A stretch of DNA of 64,000 nucleotides, taken from NCBI RefSeq assembly GCF_009914755.1, contig NC_060943.1; one strand, written 5' to 3'. Origin of the DNA: the human T2T-CHM13v2.0 reference genome, Homo sapiens. Below, one piece after another: positions 1 through 37,189 of this stretch (the first letter of the stretch is position 1; each line of letters starts with the position of its first letter). A program made the translations under genes and the position numbers. The notes beneath the pieces were generated by a model, which had not been told where the DNA came from, did not search any database, and worked only from the letters and a program-made list of their open reading frames with translations.

Positions 1-669
1 AGACAGGGACGTGGAGAGAAAGGGACAGAGAGAGAGCGAGAAGGAAAGGAAGAGACAGAAGGGAGAAGGGGCAACCGAAAATGGGCACGAAGAGGCCCAG
101 GCACAGCAACAGCTGGGGAAATGACAGAGACTGAGACGGAGATGCAGAAAGATACAGAGAGAGCTGGAGAGGGTAGAGAAGGGCTTTCGGGGAGAAAGTG
201 ATGGAGGGACAGAGAGGAGAGGTGGAGGCCAAGGAGGGAAAGACCCCAGTAGAGAAAGACAGAGGGACAGAGAAGGGGATGCAGACGCAGGCGGGAGCAC
301 ACCCACAGAGGCGAAGGAAGGGCGCAAGACCATGAGAACCACAGACGCGGAAAGCCGGGGAGGTCGTGGCTCGGTCTAGGGCGCACGGGGAGCAGGGCTT
401 GCCCCCCAGCACCTCCGGGGAGGTGACCCCAGCCGGGAGATGCGAGTCCCGCGGAGCCCGCGCCCGGCGGACGGACCGATGGACAAAGCCGGGGAGAGCT
501 CGGGCGCGGCCGGGGCGGGGGCCGGTGCCCGCAGGGACCCGGGCGCAGCGGGGAAAGGAGGGGCGGGCAAGCGGCGAGAAGGGGAAGGAAGCGGAGGTGC
601 CGGGCGGGCGCGGGGCGCGGGCAGGAAGCGGGGAGGGGCGGCGGGGCGGGGGCCTCCGGAAAAACGCCC

Positions 670-776
670 CGACTTCCTGCCCCGCCAGAGCCAGGAAGCG
701 GGAGCCGGGACCCAGGGCCCGGGATCGCCGAGCCCGACCTCGGGCGCCCCGCCGGTCACCTCCGCGCGGACACCAG
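670..776 (+). other. ARHGEF1: ARHGEF1 non-coding first exon 1a (5' end approximate)
   Basis: Donor CAG|gtactc at 776/777 inside the CpG island. Splices to the acceptor at 5555. Confidence 0.65.
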
Positions 777-1954
777 GTACTCGGTCCCCGGCCCCGCCCG
801 GCCTCCTCCCCTCGGCTGTTGGGGGAAGTGGGGAGGAGGAGGGAGGGGCTGGGGCGCTGCCGGCAGCGGAGGGGCCCCCTTCGGACCCCACGGAACCAGC
901 GGCCGCCCCTCCTTGGGCCTCAGTTTTCCCATCTGTCAAAGGGAGCAAAGAGGGGAGAACTCACACTTGACGAGTGCCCCATAGGTGGGGACGAACGGTG
1001 CGAGGCCGGGGCCAAGGCCTCCCACCTGCTCAGTGGAGAACGGACGATCACTACCATTGTACGGGTGGGGAAACCGAGGCCCGGGGAGCCAAACCGACTC
1101 GTCCCAGGGAACGCACATCGTGAGAAAGTGTGGAGTTGGGATTTGAACTCGCACGTGCTTTCCGCAAAGCGCCATCCTCCAACCCCCGCATGCTTTAGGG
1201 CCACCTAAAAATGAAAAACAACGATAACAACAACGACGAGGGTCGCTGTGAAGCTGAAAGTTGCAGAGTGCATTTGAAAGAGTTTTCGGAAAGCTCTTTT
1301 CTAGGTCATTAATTATACCGTGAGAGACAGGTGTAGGGAGAGAGCTGGAGGCCTTCTCCCATTGTACGGATGGGAAGACTGAGGTCTACAGAGAAGTCAT
1401 TACTTTTTGCAGATTACACTGCATGTCAGAGGGAAAGTTGTGCTGGAACTCAAGACTATTGCTTTTCCGGTTCCAAAGGAAGGGGCTGGGGGTGGGAGAC
1501 GGAGGGGATTGATGTACGAGGATTGGAAATTCAGCGGGTCCCCTAAGTGGGGAGACTAATAGGACGGGGAGCCCCAGTCCGCCGTCCGAGTGCTCAGCGC
1601 TGGGGTGACTAGGAGATCTCCGATCGAACTCGGGAGGAGTTGGACCCATCTGCACCTCCGGGCGCGGGGCGGGGCCCGGGGAGTGACGGGGGCAGTCGAG
1701 ATACGGAAACGCTGGCCCTCCAAGACAGGCCAGAGCGGCCCTATCTGGCCTGCGTGGCGCAGTACAGCGCTAGAGCGGCCGGCGGGAGGAGTAGAGTCGT
1801 CGGGGCCGGAGCCCGGCAGGAGCCGGGCTAGAGCGGCTGGCAGGAGGAGTGGAGCTGGGCGCAAAGGTGGACTCAGGGCGGCTAGAGCGACGCGGCGGCA
1901 GGGGTGGGGAGAGTGCGGAGCCCGAGCGCGGAGGCTTCGGTTCCGGTGGCGGCG

Positions 1955-1980
1955 ATGGCTTCTCTTTCCACCTGGAGCAG
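1955..1980 (+). CDS. ARHGEF1: ARHGEF1 alternative coding first exon 1b (MASLSTWSS..., +15 aa N-terminus, 927 aa form)
   Basis: gcgATGg Kozak context and CAG|gtgagg donor. Joins 5555 in frame to give MASLSTWSSPAEPREMEDFARG. Confidence 0.9.
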
Positions 1981-2893
1981 GTGAGGGACGCGGTCCCCAG
2001 CGGGTGTCAGACCCTGACTCTGCACGTCCTCCCCGGCATCCCTGGCCGTGCACACTGCCACGTCCCCCGTAGGATTTAGGGCCCGCGTAAGACCCGCCAC
2101 GTCCATGTAAGATTTGGGTCTCGTGTAGACCCGCCTCATTCCGTATAAAGTCTTACAGACCCTCCAGGTTCCTGCCAGCCCCCCATGGAGAACTGGCTTC
2201 TTATAGACGTGGGGTCCTCATAGACCAGTGGCATCCCCTAGAATCCGGGGCTCTATAGACCATGGGTCTCGGGACCCACCACGCACCCCTATGGAATTCT
2301 GAGTCCCTTTTAAGTCTCCAGAGGTTCCACAGACTGGCAGCTGTCCCTATAGAATCATGATCCTGTATGATCCCTGGATCCTTTAGACCCACTGTGTGTC
2401 AAATAGAATCTGGGGAGTTACACATTCCAACGACTCTTTTAGGTTCTTTAAGGCTCCAGAAGTTCTTGGAGACCCTGAGTCACCTGCTCAACACATTATA
2501 GACCCTGAGACCTCCATAGAACTCAACACCCATGTGGCCCCCCAACCCATGGACCTTCTAAACCAGCCCTAACCCCCCAGCGCCCCATGCACGCAGTGTT
2601 CCCTCTGCTGGACCCCCCAGGCCTTGTCAGTTGCCTATAGATCCATCTATTCTCTGACAGCTTCACCTATAATTCTCCAGCCTTTGTGGGACTCCCCCAT
2701 ACCCCTCCTCCTAAACAGGCGACACTCCTCGCCTCCATCATCTCCAACCCCCAAGCCTCTGTGGAGCAGCCGTATCCAACTTGCACTCCTGCCTAGGCCA
2801 TAGTGACCACATACCCGTGACTTTTCCAGGCATCCATAAGAAGACATGATGTGTCTCAGAGCTTTGGTTCAGATTTTAGTTTCTGAAGGGTAG

Positions 2894-3557
<664 letters not shown>

Positions 3558-3574
3558 TAAACTCTGTAGCCCAA

Positions 3575-3760
3575 CTGCCCAGGTCTGAGTCCTGGTTCTG
3601 CCTCTTATGAGCTGTGCCTCAGTTTCCTTCTTTGTTAAATGGAGGTGAGAATAATAATGATCTCTTGGAGTCACCGAGAGGATTAAATGAGTTATTACCT
3701 GTCAACCAGCGATGCCATGCCTGGCACATACTAAGTGTCTCTTTTGTGTCAGCTGTCATT
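3575..3760 (+). mobile_element. MIR (with L2-like tail)
   Basis: cctcagtttcct...aaatgg...gaggattaaatgag...cctggcacata. Confidence 0.75.
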
Positions 3761-3952
3761 TCATTATTATTGTGATAAGGAATAAGGAGATAAGAACTTG
3801 GCAAGTGCACAGTTCCAGACCTGGCACCAAGCACTTGCAAAGATAATGAGTATCCCCTCCTTTGCCTTTTTAAAATTTCCCTGCCTCAGTTGAGCGTTTC
3901 TACCTCTGAGTGGGATGAGCATGCACCCTCCACGTCCGTGGTCATGTTTCAT

Positions 3953-4072
3953 AGTGAGACAGGGTCTCACTGTGTTCCCCAGGCTGGTCTCAAACTCCTG
4001 AGCTCAAGCGATCTTCCCACCTTGGCCTCCCAAAGTGCTGGGGTTACAGGCATGAACCACCTCACCTGGCCA
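3953..4072 (-). mobile_element. Alu monomer (FLAM-like)
   Basis: Left-arm Alu sequence only. Confidence 0.85.
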
Positions 4073-5573
4073 GTTTGCAAATTTATTAAAGTGAATGTTT
4101 AACAGTACTTGAATCTTGAATTGCCCAAGCTTAGATATTGGACAATACACTTTGTGGGAAATAATAAAAATGATGCCTTCCCCAGGTGGACCCACAGGGT
4201 GGCATTTGGACACTCCAGAAAGCATCATTGTTTAATCATCAAAATCCTGGTTACCATTTACTGGGGAGCTAGGGAGGAGGCCCATAAAGCAGGAGAAGGG
4301 CGGGTCTCTGCTGGCTTGGGTTATAAATAGCTTTGGGCTGTGGGGAGCCCCGCCGCTGGTCCACCCCACCCCTCTTTCCACAGCTCCTTCCCACCTGACA
4401 CGGGCTCCGTGGCATTAGTCAGACTAATTAAGGACACAGAAGATGTCGGTGGAAAGACTCAGAGAGAAGTGGAGACTCAAGGAGAGACAAAGATGGGAGA
4501 GACAGCAAGAGATGGGGGAGAAAAAGGGATGGAGAGATGAGAGACAGCACATGAGACTGTGACTCAGAGAGGTGTGAGGATGGTGGCTGCAGAAACCAGA
4601 TGTGGGAGGACAGAGGCACAGAGACAGGGACAGGACAGACGGAGCTACAGAAGCAGGAAGGGGGTGTCACCGCTGAGAGGGAGAGATGGAGGGAGGAGAG
4701 GCAGGGATGGTGGGGAAAATGAGACAGTTCTGGAGGAAGGGAAAGAGAAAAATCAGGAAACAGGGTGAAAAGAGACCAAGACATGAGACAGATTCAAGGG
4801 ACAGACAGCCAAGGAGAGCTGGCTGCGGACAGACCAAGGCGCACGTAGGGTGGAGGGGACAGACGCACCTTGGAGATGGGCTGTCTGAGGCCCCATCACT
4901 TGGTTTCTGGGACTGGAAGCCTGGGAAGAGATGAGGTCCCTGGGGGAAAGAAGAACTTCTGGGTTTGGGGACTCCCAGTCCCTGAGGGAGGAGGGTTCTG
5001 AGTTTTGTTTTCTTATGTGGAGAGTTGGGGGTTGGGGGTTTGCCATTGTGACTTCCTGTCACAGGAAGTGGGGCTGGTGGGTTCCAAGGCAACATCCTGT
5101 CCCAGGCCTGTCACAGACCAGAGGAGACCCCTGCACCCCACTTCTCTCCCGCCTCTCCTCTAACCCTCCCATCCCCTCTTGCCTCTGGGCTGTGCCCTCA
5201 GGAATTAGCCCCCAGGCCCCTGGTCCCTCCAACCTGGGAGTCCAGGCCCCCAGCCCCCTCTTCCATTAGGGCATTAGGGACCCCAGATTGCAGGCTGTCA
5301 GACTCAGCCTTCCCATGGACCCAGGCTCCTGAGCCTCCAACGCCTGCCCCCGCAAGGCTCCCGTCCCTGGGCTCCCGCCCCCTGGCGGGTCTCTGAAGGG
5401 CTCTTTGTGGCCACACAGAGGCCCCATTGAGCTGCGGAGGCTGGGATGGGGGAGGCTGTTTACTCACCTTCACACCTGGGCCAGGAATCTGTGAGTAACC
5501 ACCCTGGGCCGCCTCCTCCCACCCTCCTAACCACAGCCCCTCCTCTTCCTCCAGCCCTGCAGAGCCCAGGGAG

Positions 5574-24282
<18,709 letters not shown>

Positions 24283-24600
24283 GGTTCCCGCCCAGGAAGG
24301 TGAGTGGGGCACCTGGGGGCCAGGGCGCTGTCCTGAAAGGAGGGTCCCCCTCCAGAGCTCGCATCCCTACAGCCCCTTCTGTCCATCTCCCTCTTTGTCT
24401 TTTCTGAATCTCCCCACTCCACCTCGTGTTTCTCATCTCTGTGTCTCTGTTTCTGATAATCTGTTTCTCTGTCTCTGTGCCCGCCTGCCTCTCCCCACCT
24501 CCCCTTCTCTCTCTGCTCTCCCTGTCTTGTCTCTGTGTCTGTCTCTCCCTGTCTCTCTCTCCATCTCTCCCCGTCTCCCCTCTTCTCCTACATCCCCCAG

Positions 24601-24950
24601 GCCTTTTGCAAGAAGGAGAGGAATGGGGGAGAGGACGTGAGGGACCACCCCCACCCACACAGCTGCCGCAGCATCTCACACCCCGAGGGCCTGAGGAGAG
24701 GGAGCTGTGGGCCACGCCTGGGAGGGGCCCAGCTGGGGTTACTGGCCCCGCATGAGCCTCGGCCATCTCTCCCTCCTGCCCTCTGCTTGGGGGACTCAGG
24801 GCTCCATTCTGGAGGGCACCACGGTGACCCGGGCCATCTCAGTATTGCCTGTGGGGGCCACCCCTCCACCCCCACCCCCAAGTGCCTTCGCTCTGTTTTT
24901 ATACCCTGAATTGGAGGTTTATTTTTTAATATATATTATCTAAGAAGAGA
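24601..24950 (+). other. ARHGEF1: ARHGEF1 terminal exon (3' UTR in the main isoform)
   Basis: Long CT-rich tract and ccccag| acceptor at 24600. Ends at an AT-rich poly(A) region followed by a GT-rich element. Confidence 0.85.
24928..24933 (+). terminator. Probable ARHGEF1 poly(A) signal (variant AATATA)
   Basis: No + strand AATAAA nearby. AATATA has a U-rich upstream tract and a TGTGTGTG downstream element. Confidence 0.6.
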
Positions 24951-25215
24951 TCTGTGTGTGTGATGGCGGGGTGGGGCCTGGCATGGCGTCTGGAACTCTC
25001 TGTGACTGTCTGGCGTTGACATCCTGGGTCTGTGCCTCTGCGCCTCCCTCCAGTTGTTCATTCATTCATTCATTCATTTCTTTGTTTGAACCGTTACTCC
25101 CCAGGCACTCCGTACACACACTGGGTATGAGGCGTCTCCCTGACACCGCCCTCCAGCTCCCACCCCCGATCCCCCATGCTCAGCACTGGGCACCCCGAGT
25201 CTCACTCTCTGTTCT

Positions 25216-25221
25216 TTTATT
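25216..25221 (-). terminator. ERFL poly(A) signal AATAAA
   Basis: tttatt on the + strand, about 500 nt downstream of the ERFL stop codon. Confidence 0.8.
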
Positions 25222-25723
25222 TCTGTAGTAAACTCTCTGGAGGTGACTGTTGGGATCATGGGGAGCTGGTGGGGAGGGGGGCCCCTCCTGGGTGGGGGCT
25301 GGGGGCGGGGTTATTGCTCTGAGCTCCCTGTCCCCAGGGGGGCCTATATGGGGGGGGTGTCAGGACTGGGGCCAGCACAGGGGGTTTGGAGACACGGCCA
25401 CACAAACACTTGGGGCATAGCACAGGGGTGGGCGGGCGGGGCAGGCTGGGCGCCATATTGCACTTTGGGAGTGGGGCCAGGCGGGGACCCCCCTCAAACT
25501 GGAGCCTGGGGAGGAGGCCGGAGGCCATCACATTCCCTCTGTCCTCTGTGGAGGGGGAAGTGAGACCCCCCCCACTCTGGGGCTGGGGAAGGAGACTGGG
25601 GCAGCAATGTGCCCAGACCTGGGAGGTGCTGAGGGCTGGTCCTGGGCCTTGGGCCAGGCATCAAGGGCAGACGGGCAGCCACCCTGGTCCCTGCCTCAGC
25701 AGAATCCATTGCCCCCTGCCGGC

Positions 25724-30415
<4,692 letters not shown>

Positions 30416-32034
30416 GGCGGAGCCGGCCCTGCAGAGGCCGGGAGGGACACACGGGGACGGGGTGGGCAGGAGAGACAGACACAGGTCAGCCAGCGGGGCG
30501 CTGCCCGGGGCCTTCCCCTCTCCCAGGTCCCCACCCCAGCCTGACACCCTCTCCCCGCAATCCCTCCTGCCCACTCCCTCCCGCAGGCACCGCTCTGTCC
30601 CCAGCCGTTCCCGGCCCCGAGACCCCGTTCCTTCCCTCCCAGCCTCTCCTCCCGCAGCCTCCTCCTCACTCGGTGCCTCCATCACTAACTACGCCGCTCC
30701 CAGCCTCCCTCCCCGCTCCCCGCCACTCGCTCACGCTCTCACACTCGCTGGCTCTCACGCCCGCCCGCCCGCCCGCCGCTCGCGCCCCGCACCGTCTCTG
30801 CTGCCGTCTCCCGTCCCCGCTCTCCCGCCTGACCTCCCGGGTCGGTCGGTCCCTGCGTCTCTGGGTCTCCCTCTGTCTCTCTCTCTGGCTGCCCCAGATT
30901 TATCTTGTTCTATAACTTGCCCCCACACCCGCCCCACCCGGACGACCCCCAGGCGGGCTCTTCCAGCCCAGGCGCAGCCCTGACCCGCAGCCGCCCAGGA
31001 CGGGCTGCAGGGGGGCAGGCCCAGCACCCCCTCCTCCAGTCCTCTACCCCACAGGGCAGCCCCCAGCGCCCTGCAGGAGGCCTCCACAGACCCTAGACCT
31101 GCTGCTCACCCTGAAGACCCCTGTCACTTGGATCTGCCTCCCTCCTCAGACACCCCTTCCCCTCACATCTGCCTCCCCTGTCAGACCCCCTCCCTCAGAC
31201 ACTCCCTCTCCCTAGATATCTTACGCCCCTAAGATACTCCATCCCCTCCTCACTCCAGTCTCCCCGCACCTTTCCCCCTCTTATGGCGCCTCCCCTCCAC
31301 ACACACACCCTTGCAATCCACTCCCTCTCACACCCCTCCGCAGACACACGCTGCCCTCGCGCTCCCGAGACCCCTCCCCTCAGGCACTTCAGCCCCTCAC
31401 TGCCACCCTCACACCCCACCTCTGGAGCACCTTCTTCCTGGAGACCCCCCAGACGCTCTCAAAAACCCACTCCTCTTAGACACCCTGATACTCCCCACTG
31501 CTCCCATGCGCCCCCCAGCCAGAAACCCCTCAGACCCTGGCAGCCCACACTGTGTTCCCCCGTGAGCCCCGCCTACCCCCTGGACACTGGACAAAACTTT
31601 TCAGACACCCCATGTCCCCTCAGACTCGCCCGGTCTCCCCACAGAGGCCCCAACCTCAGATGCCCCCACCTCCCATCTGCCTCCTGGAGCCTCCCCTGTC
31701 CCAGGCCCCCTCTGTTCCCACACCTGTCTCCCCGTCTTTCTCCATCTGCCCCGTCTCGGTATCTCTCCCTCTCCATCTCTGTCTCTCCGGTCACTTGGTC
31801 TCTTCTCCCTTCCGTCTCCCCCCACCATCTCCCTTCCATTTCTGTCTCTCTCCTCCACCAAGGGGGTCTCTCTCCCCACCTCACTGCCCTCTCCCTCTCG
31901 TCTCCATCTCCTCCTCCACCCCTCAGTCTCTTCCCTGTTTCTCCATCTCTCACCCCTGCTTCTTCTCCATCTGTCTCTCCATCTTCCCAGTGTGTCCATC
32001 TCTGTCTCCCTATGACTTTCTCCCCATCTCTGCT

Positions 32035-32290
32035 ATCCGTCTTTCCCTCCCCTTCCACCATCTCTGTCTCTCCCTCCCCTTCCACCGTCTCTGTCTCTGT
32101 CTCTCCCTCCCTTTCCACCATCTCTGTCTCTCCCTCCCTTTCCACCATCTCTGTCTCTCCCTCCCCTCCATCATCTCCGTCTCTGTCTCTCCCTCCCCCT
32201 CCACCATCTCCGTCTCTGTCTCTCCCTCCTCTTCCACTATCTCTGTCTCTCCCTCCCTCCCCCTCCAGCATCTCTGTCTCTCCTGTCTCT
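32035..32290. repeat. CT-rich tandem repeat (TCTGTCTCTCCCTCCCTTCCACCA-like)
   Basis: Directly visible. Confidence 0.8.
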
Positions 32291-35200
32291 GCCCCCACCG
32301 TGTCCCTGTCCCGCGTCTCTCCAGCAGCCCCGCTCCCCCACACCTCTCCCCCACCCATCGCTCTCCCACCTCCCGCTCTCTTTGCCTCTCAGGGTCCCCC
32401 TCCTTCCTCCCCCCGCCCCCACCCCCTATTGGCCCCTCTCATTTCCGTGTTGGTTTTGATTTCTCTTCCCGACGCTTTCAACTCCCCGCCGCCTCCTCCG
32501 GACACGTTATAACGAGGAGCCGTGGGATCGGCGCTCCGGGCCCTGCTCCCACGCTCCCCCCGCCGTGTCTCACACGCGTCTCTGCCATCTCGCAGTCTCT
32601 GTGCCCAGCCTTCGTCCTGTGTCAGGCCCCACAGGGACCTGGACCCCTCGCCCTTGCCCATCGCCTCTGCCGCCCTGTCCCCGTCCGTCTGTCCGTCCCT
32701 CCCATCTCTGGGTCTCCATGCCTCCCTGTCTCTTGGTTCCCACGTCGTCTCCACTTCTGTGTCCCCACGTCTCTGTGTCCCCATGTCTCTGGGTCTCCAC
32801 ATGGCTCTGTTTTAATGTCTAGGGTCTCCACACCCCTGTCTCCGTCTCCACATCTCCATATCTCCTCCTCCTCAAGTCCCTGTCCTGTCCCCATGTCCCC
32901 CATCTCTGTCTCATCTGTCTCTGTCTCCATGCCCCATCTCCCTGTCTCTGTGTCTCTGTCTCCATGTCTCCATCTCCATGTCTCTATGTCTCTGTCTCTG
33001 TTTCTGTCCCGGTGTCCGTCTCTTGGGGTCCCTTTGATCTCACCCTGCCCCTGGCGCCCCCCTGGCCCCATTGATCGCTGATCGACTGATGGAGGGAGCG
33101 CGGCCTGCGGGGCCTGGGGCTGCAGGGCCAAACAGGGCCTGGCAGGACGGCCGGACAGATGGACAAACGGCCCCAGCCCCAGTGGCTGTGGATGGGGAGC
33201 AGCCACAATCCCCCACCCCCCTCCCCCCCGCCGGCCGGCGTGGTGCGGATGGGTACTCCAGGCAAGCTTTAATTTTTAATTTTATTTTGCTTCCTCCACC
33301 CCCCCTTCGCCCCCCATCTCTACCGCCCGCAGCCATGGCACCGAATGTGTGTGCGCATGTGAGCGAAGCGGTGTGCAGAGGCGCTGGGCAGGCGAGGGCC
33401 CTCCTCCCTTCTCTCCCTGCCAAGCACAACCACACAGACCCACACACCAACCCAGGCACGCACACCACCACGTCCCACACAGCACACATCGCACAGATGC
33501 ACACACCAGCACAGCCACACACACACCATCACATACCACACACTGCATGAGCCCACATGTCAACAAAGTCACACACAGCACCACGTCCCACACAACACAT
33601 CACACACACCAACAAAGCAACGCATACCACTGCTGCCACACACAACCCACATCACACAGATGCATGTGTCAGTAAAGTCACACACCAACACTGTCACAGT
33701 CACACACACACACATCAGCATAGTCACAGATGCACAGAAACAGACACACAGTTTTACACAAATACACACATGACACATCAATTCAATCTCACACAGAAAC
33801 AAAGACACAAAATCACAAATCCTAGACACACTGTGTAAACACATAATCACACACTGAGGCTCACAATCAAATACAGAAACCCAGATTCCCAAGCACACAA
33901 TCGCACACTGAGACAACAGCACACAGAAACAGACACACAGTCACACAACCAAGCACCACCGACCCTCGAGCGCATACATATGCACTTGGTCACGCATGGA
34001 GCCGTAGAGATACACACACCAGCACCAACCCAGACAGCCAACGCACACGGCCACACACACACCCATTCACAGACACAGTCACAATCACACACACACACCA
34101 AGATCACGGACCCAAACATACGACCGACAGCGGCCCCTGCAGAGGTACACACAGACACACCCAGACACACTGGGTAGGGGTGGGCACTCAGAGATGACCC
34201 CAACCCAAGGCCCCTGCCACTCCTGCTCCCACCATCCCCATCTGTCTGCCTGTCCCTCCATCTGTGAACTTCCCAAGCATGTCTCTGCATGGGTGTGTGT
34301 GTGTGTGTGCACATATGTGACACGTGCCCTTGTCTCAGACCTGCTTCTGTGACTGCCTCTCGAGACACAGGTCTCTCGGTCTCTCTCAGCCCCTTCGGGT
34401 GTCGGTGCATCTTTCTGTCTGTCTCTGTCACTGAGGGTCTCTGTCTGTCTCTGTCAGAGAGGGTCTTTTCTGCTCATCTTGGCCTGCCTGTCTTTCTAAA
34501 TATCTCCATCTCTGAGTGTCTCTGTTTCCCCCATCTCTCTCTCTGGGTGCATCTCTCTGTCTCTCTCTGTCTCTGTCCCTCTCTGTCTCTGAGCTCTCTG
34601 TCATCTCTCTCTGCCTCTGTCTCCTAACGCCCCATCACCACGCCCCCCTGGGCTGGGGTTTAACCAGTTGTTTTGATTTCTCTAAGCTGCGCCGGCCGCC
34701 TCGGGAGCCGCCTCGGGCCTCGCACCCCCACCACCAGCCCCTTCATCCCTCACCCAGGCCCCCCCATCCCCACCTCCCCTTAACACAATCTGCACAATCG
34801 GAATGAAAATTGATTTTTTTTTTAAATTTCATATCTTCTCCGGGGCTCTGTCTAAAGAGGAGAGAGACGCGGCCTAAGACCCTTCTGCCACCGCCGCCCC
34901 CGCATGCACACACCATGCCCCAAAGCACACGCACGCACGCACACACACACCCTGACTGCACCCACCCATGGCCACACGTTCAGGCACAATCTGGGGACAT
35001 ATCTCTCCTTACGCCACACGCCCATGTAGGACACATCTGTGCACACAGTAGAGACCCACAGTGACACCCACTAGTAGGCACACACACACCATGCACAGCC
35101 CCAGCCATGGGACGGCTGCCAGCCCCACCCATCTGTTGCCACACAAACGAGCCCCCAACACCCTGTCCCATCTGGGTGCACGAAGCCAGCTCCCCGCGGT

Positions 35201-35464
35201 CACACACTGTGTGTGTGTGTGCTCACACACCTGTCCGTCCAGACTATAGCCACGTCCATGTGTACACAGAGCAGGCTCAGGGGCCGGCCCTCGACAGGCA
35301 CCAGGAGACCCTGTGCCTGTCTTGGAGAGGAGGGGGTTCAGGGGTGATGTGGGGTTTCCTGCATGGGCATGCCCCCCCATCCCGGACGCCACCCCCATTC
35401 CCACACTGCCCACATCAAATGCTCTGGCCTGACCCTGGTTGGGGGTGCCTTTGTGCCTGGGGTG

Positions 35465-36460
35465 TACACATACCCCACATGTATACGCCACATATACACC
35501 ACACATACCACATATACACACCACAAACACACCATACATACACACCCCCACCACACACATACCCACCACATACACCACAGACACACCTAGCCCCACACAC
35601 CACATACACACACACGGTACACACCACATACACCATACACACACCATACCACACACACCACACATACACCACATACACATACCATATCACACACACCACA
35701 CACATATCACACACACACATAAATACACCACACATGCACCACCTACACACCACACACGCACCACGCACACCACACACACATCACACACACACCACACACA
35801 TCACACACACACCATACACTCACCATACACACACACATCACTAACCCTCACATACACCACACACAGTACATACACTACCCATCACAGACAAACCACACAC
35901 ACCACATCACTAACCCTCACATACACCACACACAGTACATACACTACCCATCACAGACACACCACACACACCACATATCCGCCACACACCACACACACCA
36001 CGTACACACCACACACCACCCCACACATACACACACCACATATACATCTACCACACACATACCACACACTGCATACACACCATACACACACACCACATCA
36101 CTCTCACATACGCCACACATGCTACACTACCCATCAGACACACCACACACCACATATCCACACACACCACATACACTACCCATTACACACATACACCACA
36201 CACACATGCACACCACATACACTACTCACCATACACACATGCACACCACACACCACACACACACACACCGCATATACACCACACACATCACATACACACC
36301 ATGCCACAGACACTATACATCACACCACATACACAACACTGCATACACACACCCACACACATTACACCACACCACATGCCACACATAACACACATACCAC
36401 ACACATCACCCACATACCACACACCACACTCACACACCACTCGCAGCTTACTACTCTCAA
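35465..36460. repeat. CA-rich low-complexity / (CACAC)n region
   Basis: Directly visible; contains an internal duplication of about 60 bp at 35836-35965. Confidence 0.9.
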
Positions 36461-37189
36461 TACCACACCTTGTAATCCCCACATGGACACACACAAAACC
36501 AGTCATCCTTAACACACAGACCCACAGAAAACACACAGAAGCACACAGGGTGACACCAGAAACAGCTTCACACACAGACTTCGGCACAAGTTCACAGAAG
36601 TTGCAGACACATGCGCCATCCAACAGCCACACATAAACATGCAACCACACAAACATACACAATCAAACATACACAAACAGTCATCAGTGCTCTTTAGGGC
36701 TGGACACACAGTATCACTCAATTGTTATGAACCAACACTCAAGCTGGTACATTCAGCTCCTACAAATTACCACCCACGTGTGCACGTGCACGCGTACACA
36801 CACACACACACACACACACGTCCACATCTGAACCCAGACTCAGACACAAGCCCACAAGCTCAGAGACACAACAGCAACCCCCGAACACCAACACAGCGCC
36901 ACACAAACACACAGCTGGTCTGTGACACACAAGATTTTGGGGGCTCTTCCTCAGCTGCGTCCTTCACACCCACACTCACCAGCCCAGCTGCCGGGGTCCT
37001 CTCAGGGTCGCACTCACTTGGTCCTTCCACCCTGTTTCTCTGGGACTGAGCCTCCTCATCTTGCCCTCAGAGATAACTGCCCCAGGTCCCTGAGGCCTAC
37101 CCTGCACAGCCACACCATGTGAAAACACCAGACATGGCACAACTCCAGAGCTTTGGACGGTCACACCAGACGCAGCTGAGCACCACACA

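Larger units (their letters stand above)
330..2100 (+). promoter_or_regulatory. ARHGEF1: CpG island / dual promoter of ARHGEF1
   Basis: Dense CpG, GC boxes, and ETS-type GGAAG/CTTCC motifs at about 621-700. Contains both first exons. Confidence 0.85.

Noticed and set aside
366-1208. 280-aa and overlapping ORFs in the ARHGEF1 CpG island
   Set aside because: R/G/P/A-rich products of GC-rich, stop-poor DNA that run into MIR fragments; no domain.
5400-5554. Possible extra ARHGEF1 5' exon with donor TCT|gtgagt at 5490/5491
   Set aside because: The resulting intron would be only 64 nt, below the usual human minimum, and there is no other support.
25494-25723. Search for a frameshifted remnant of the ERF PLKLRFKRRW motif after the ERFL stop
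   Set aside because: No convincing match in the downstream frames I read.
31283-33081. 409-aa and 509-aa ORFs
   Set aside because: CT-rich simple repeats giving S/P/L-rich nonsense translations.
35439-36512. 357-aa His/Thr-rich ORF
   Set aside because: Translation of (CA)-rich low-complexity DNA.
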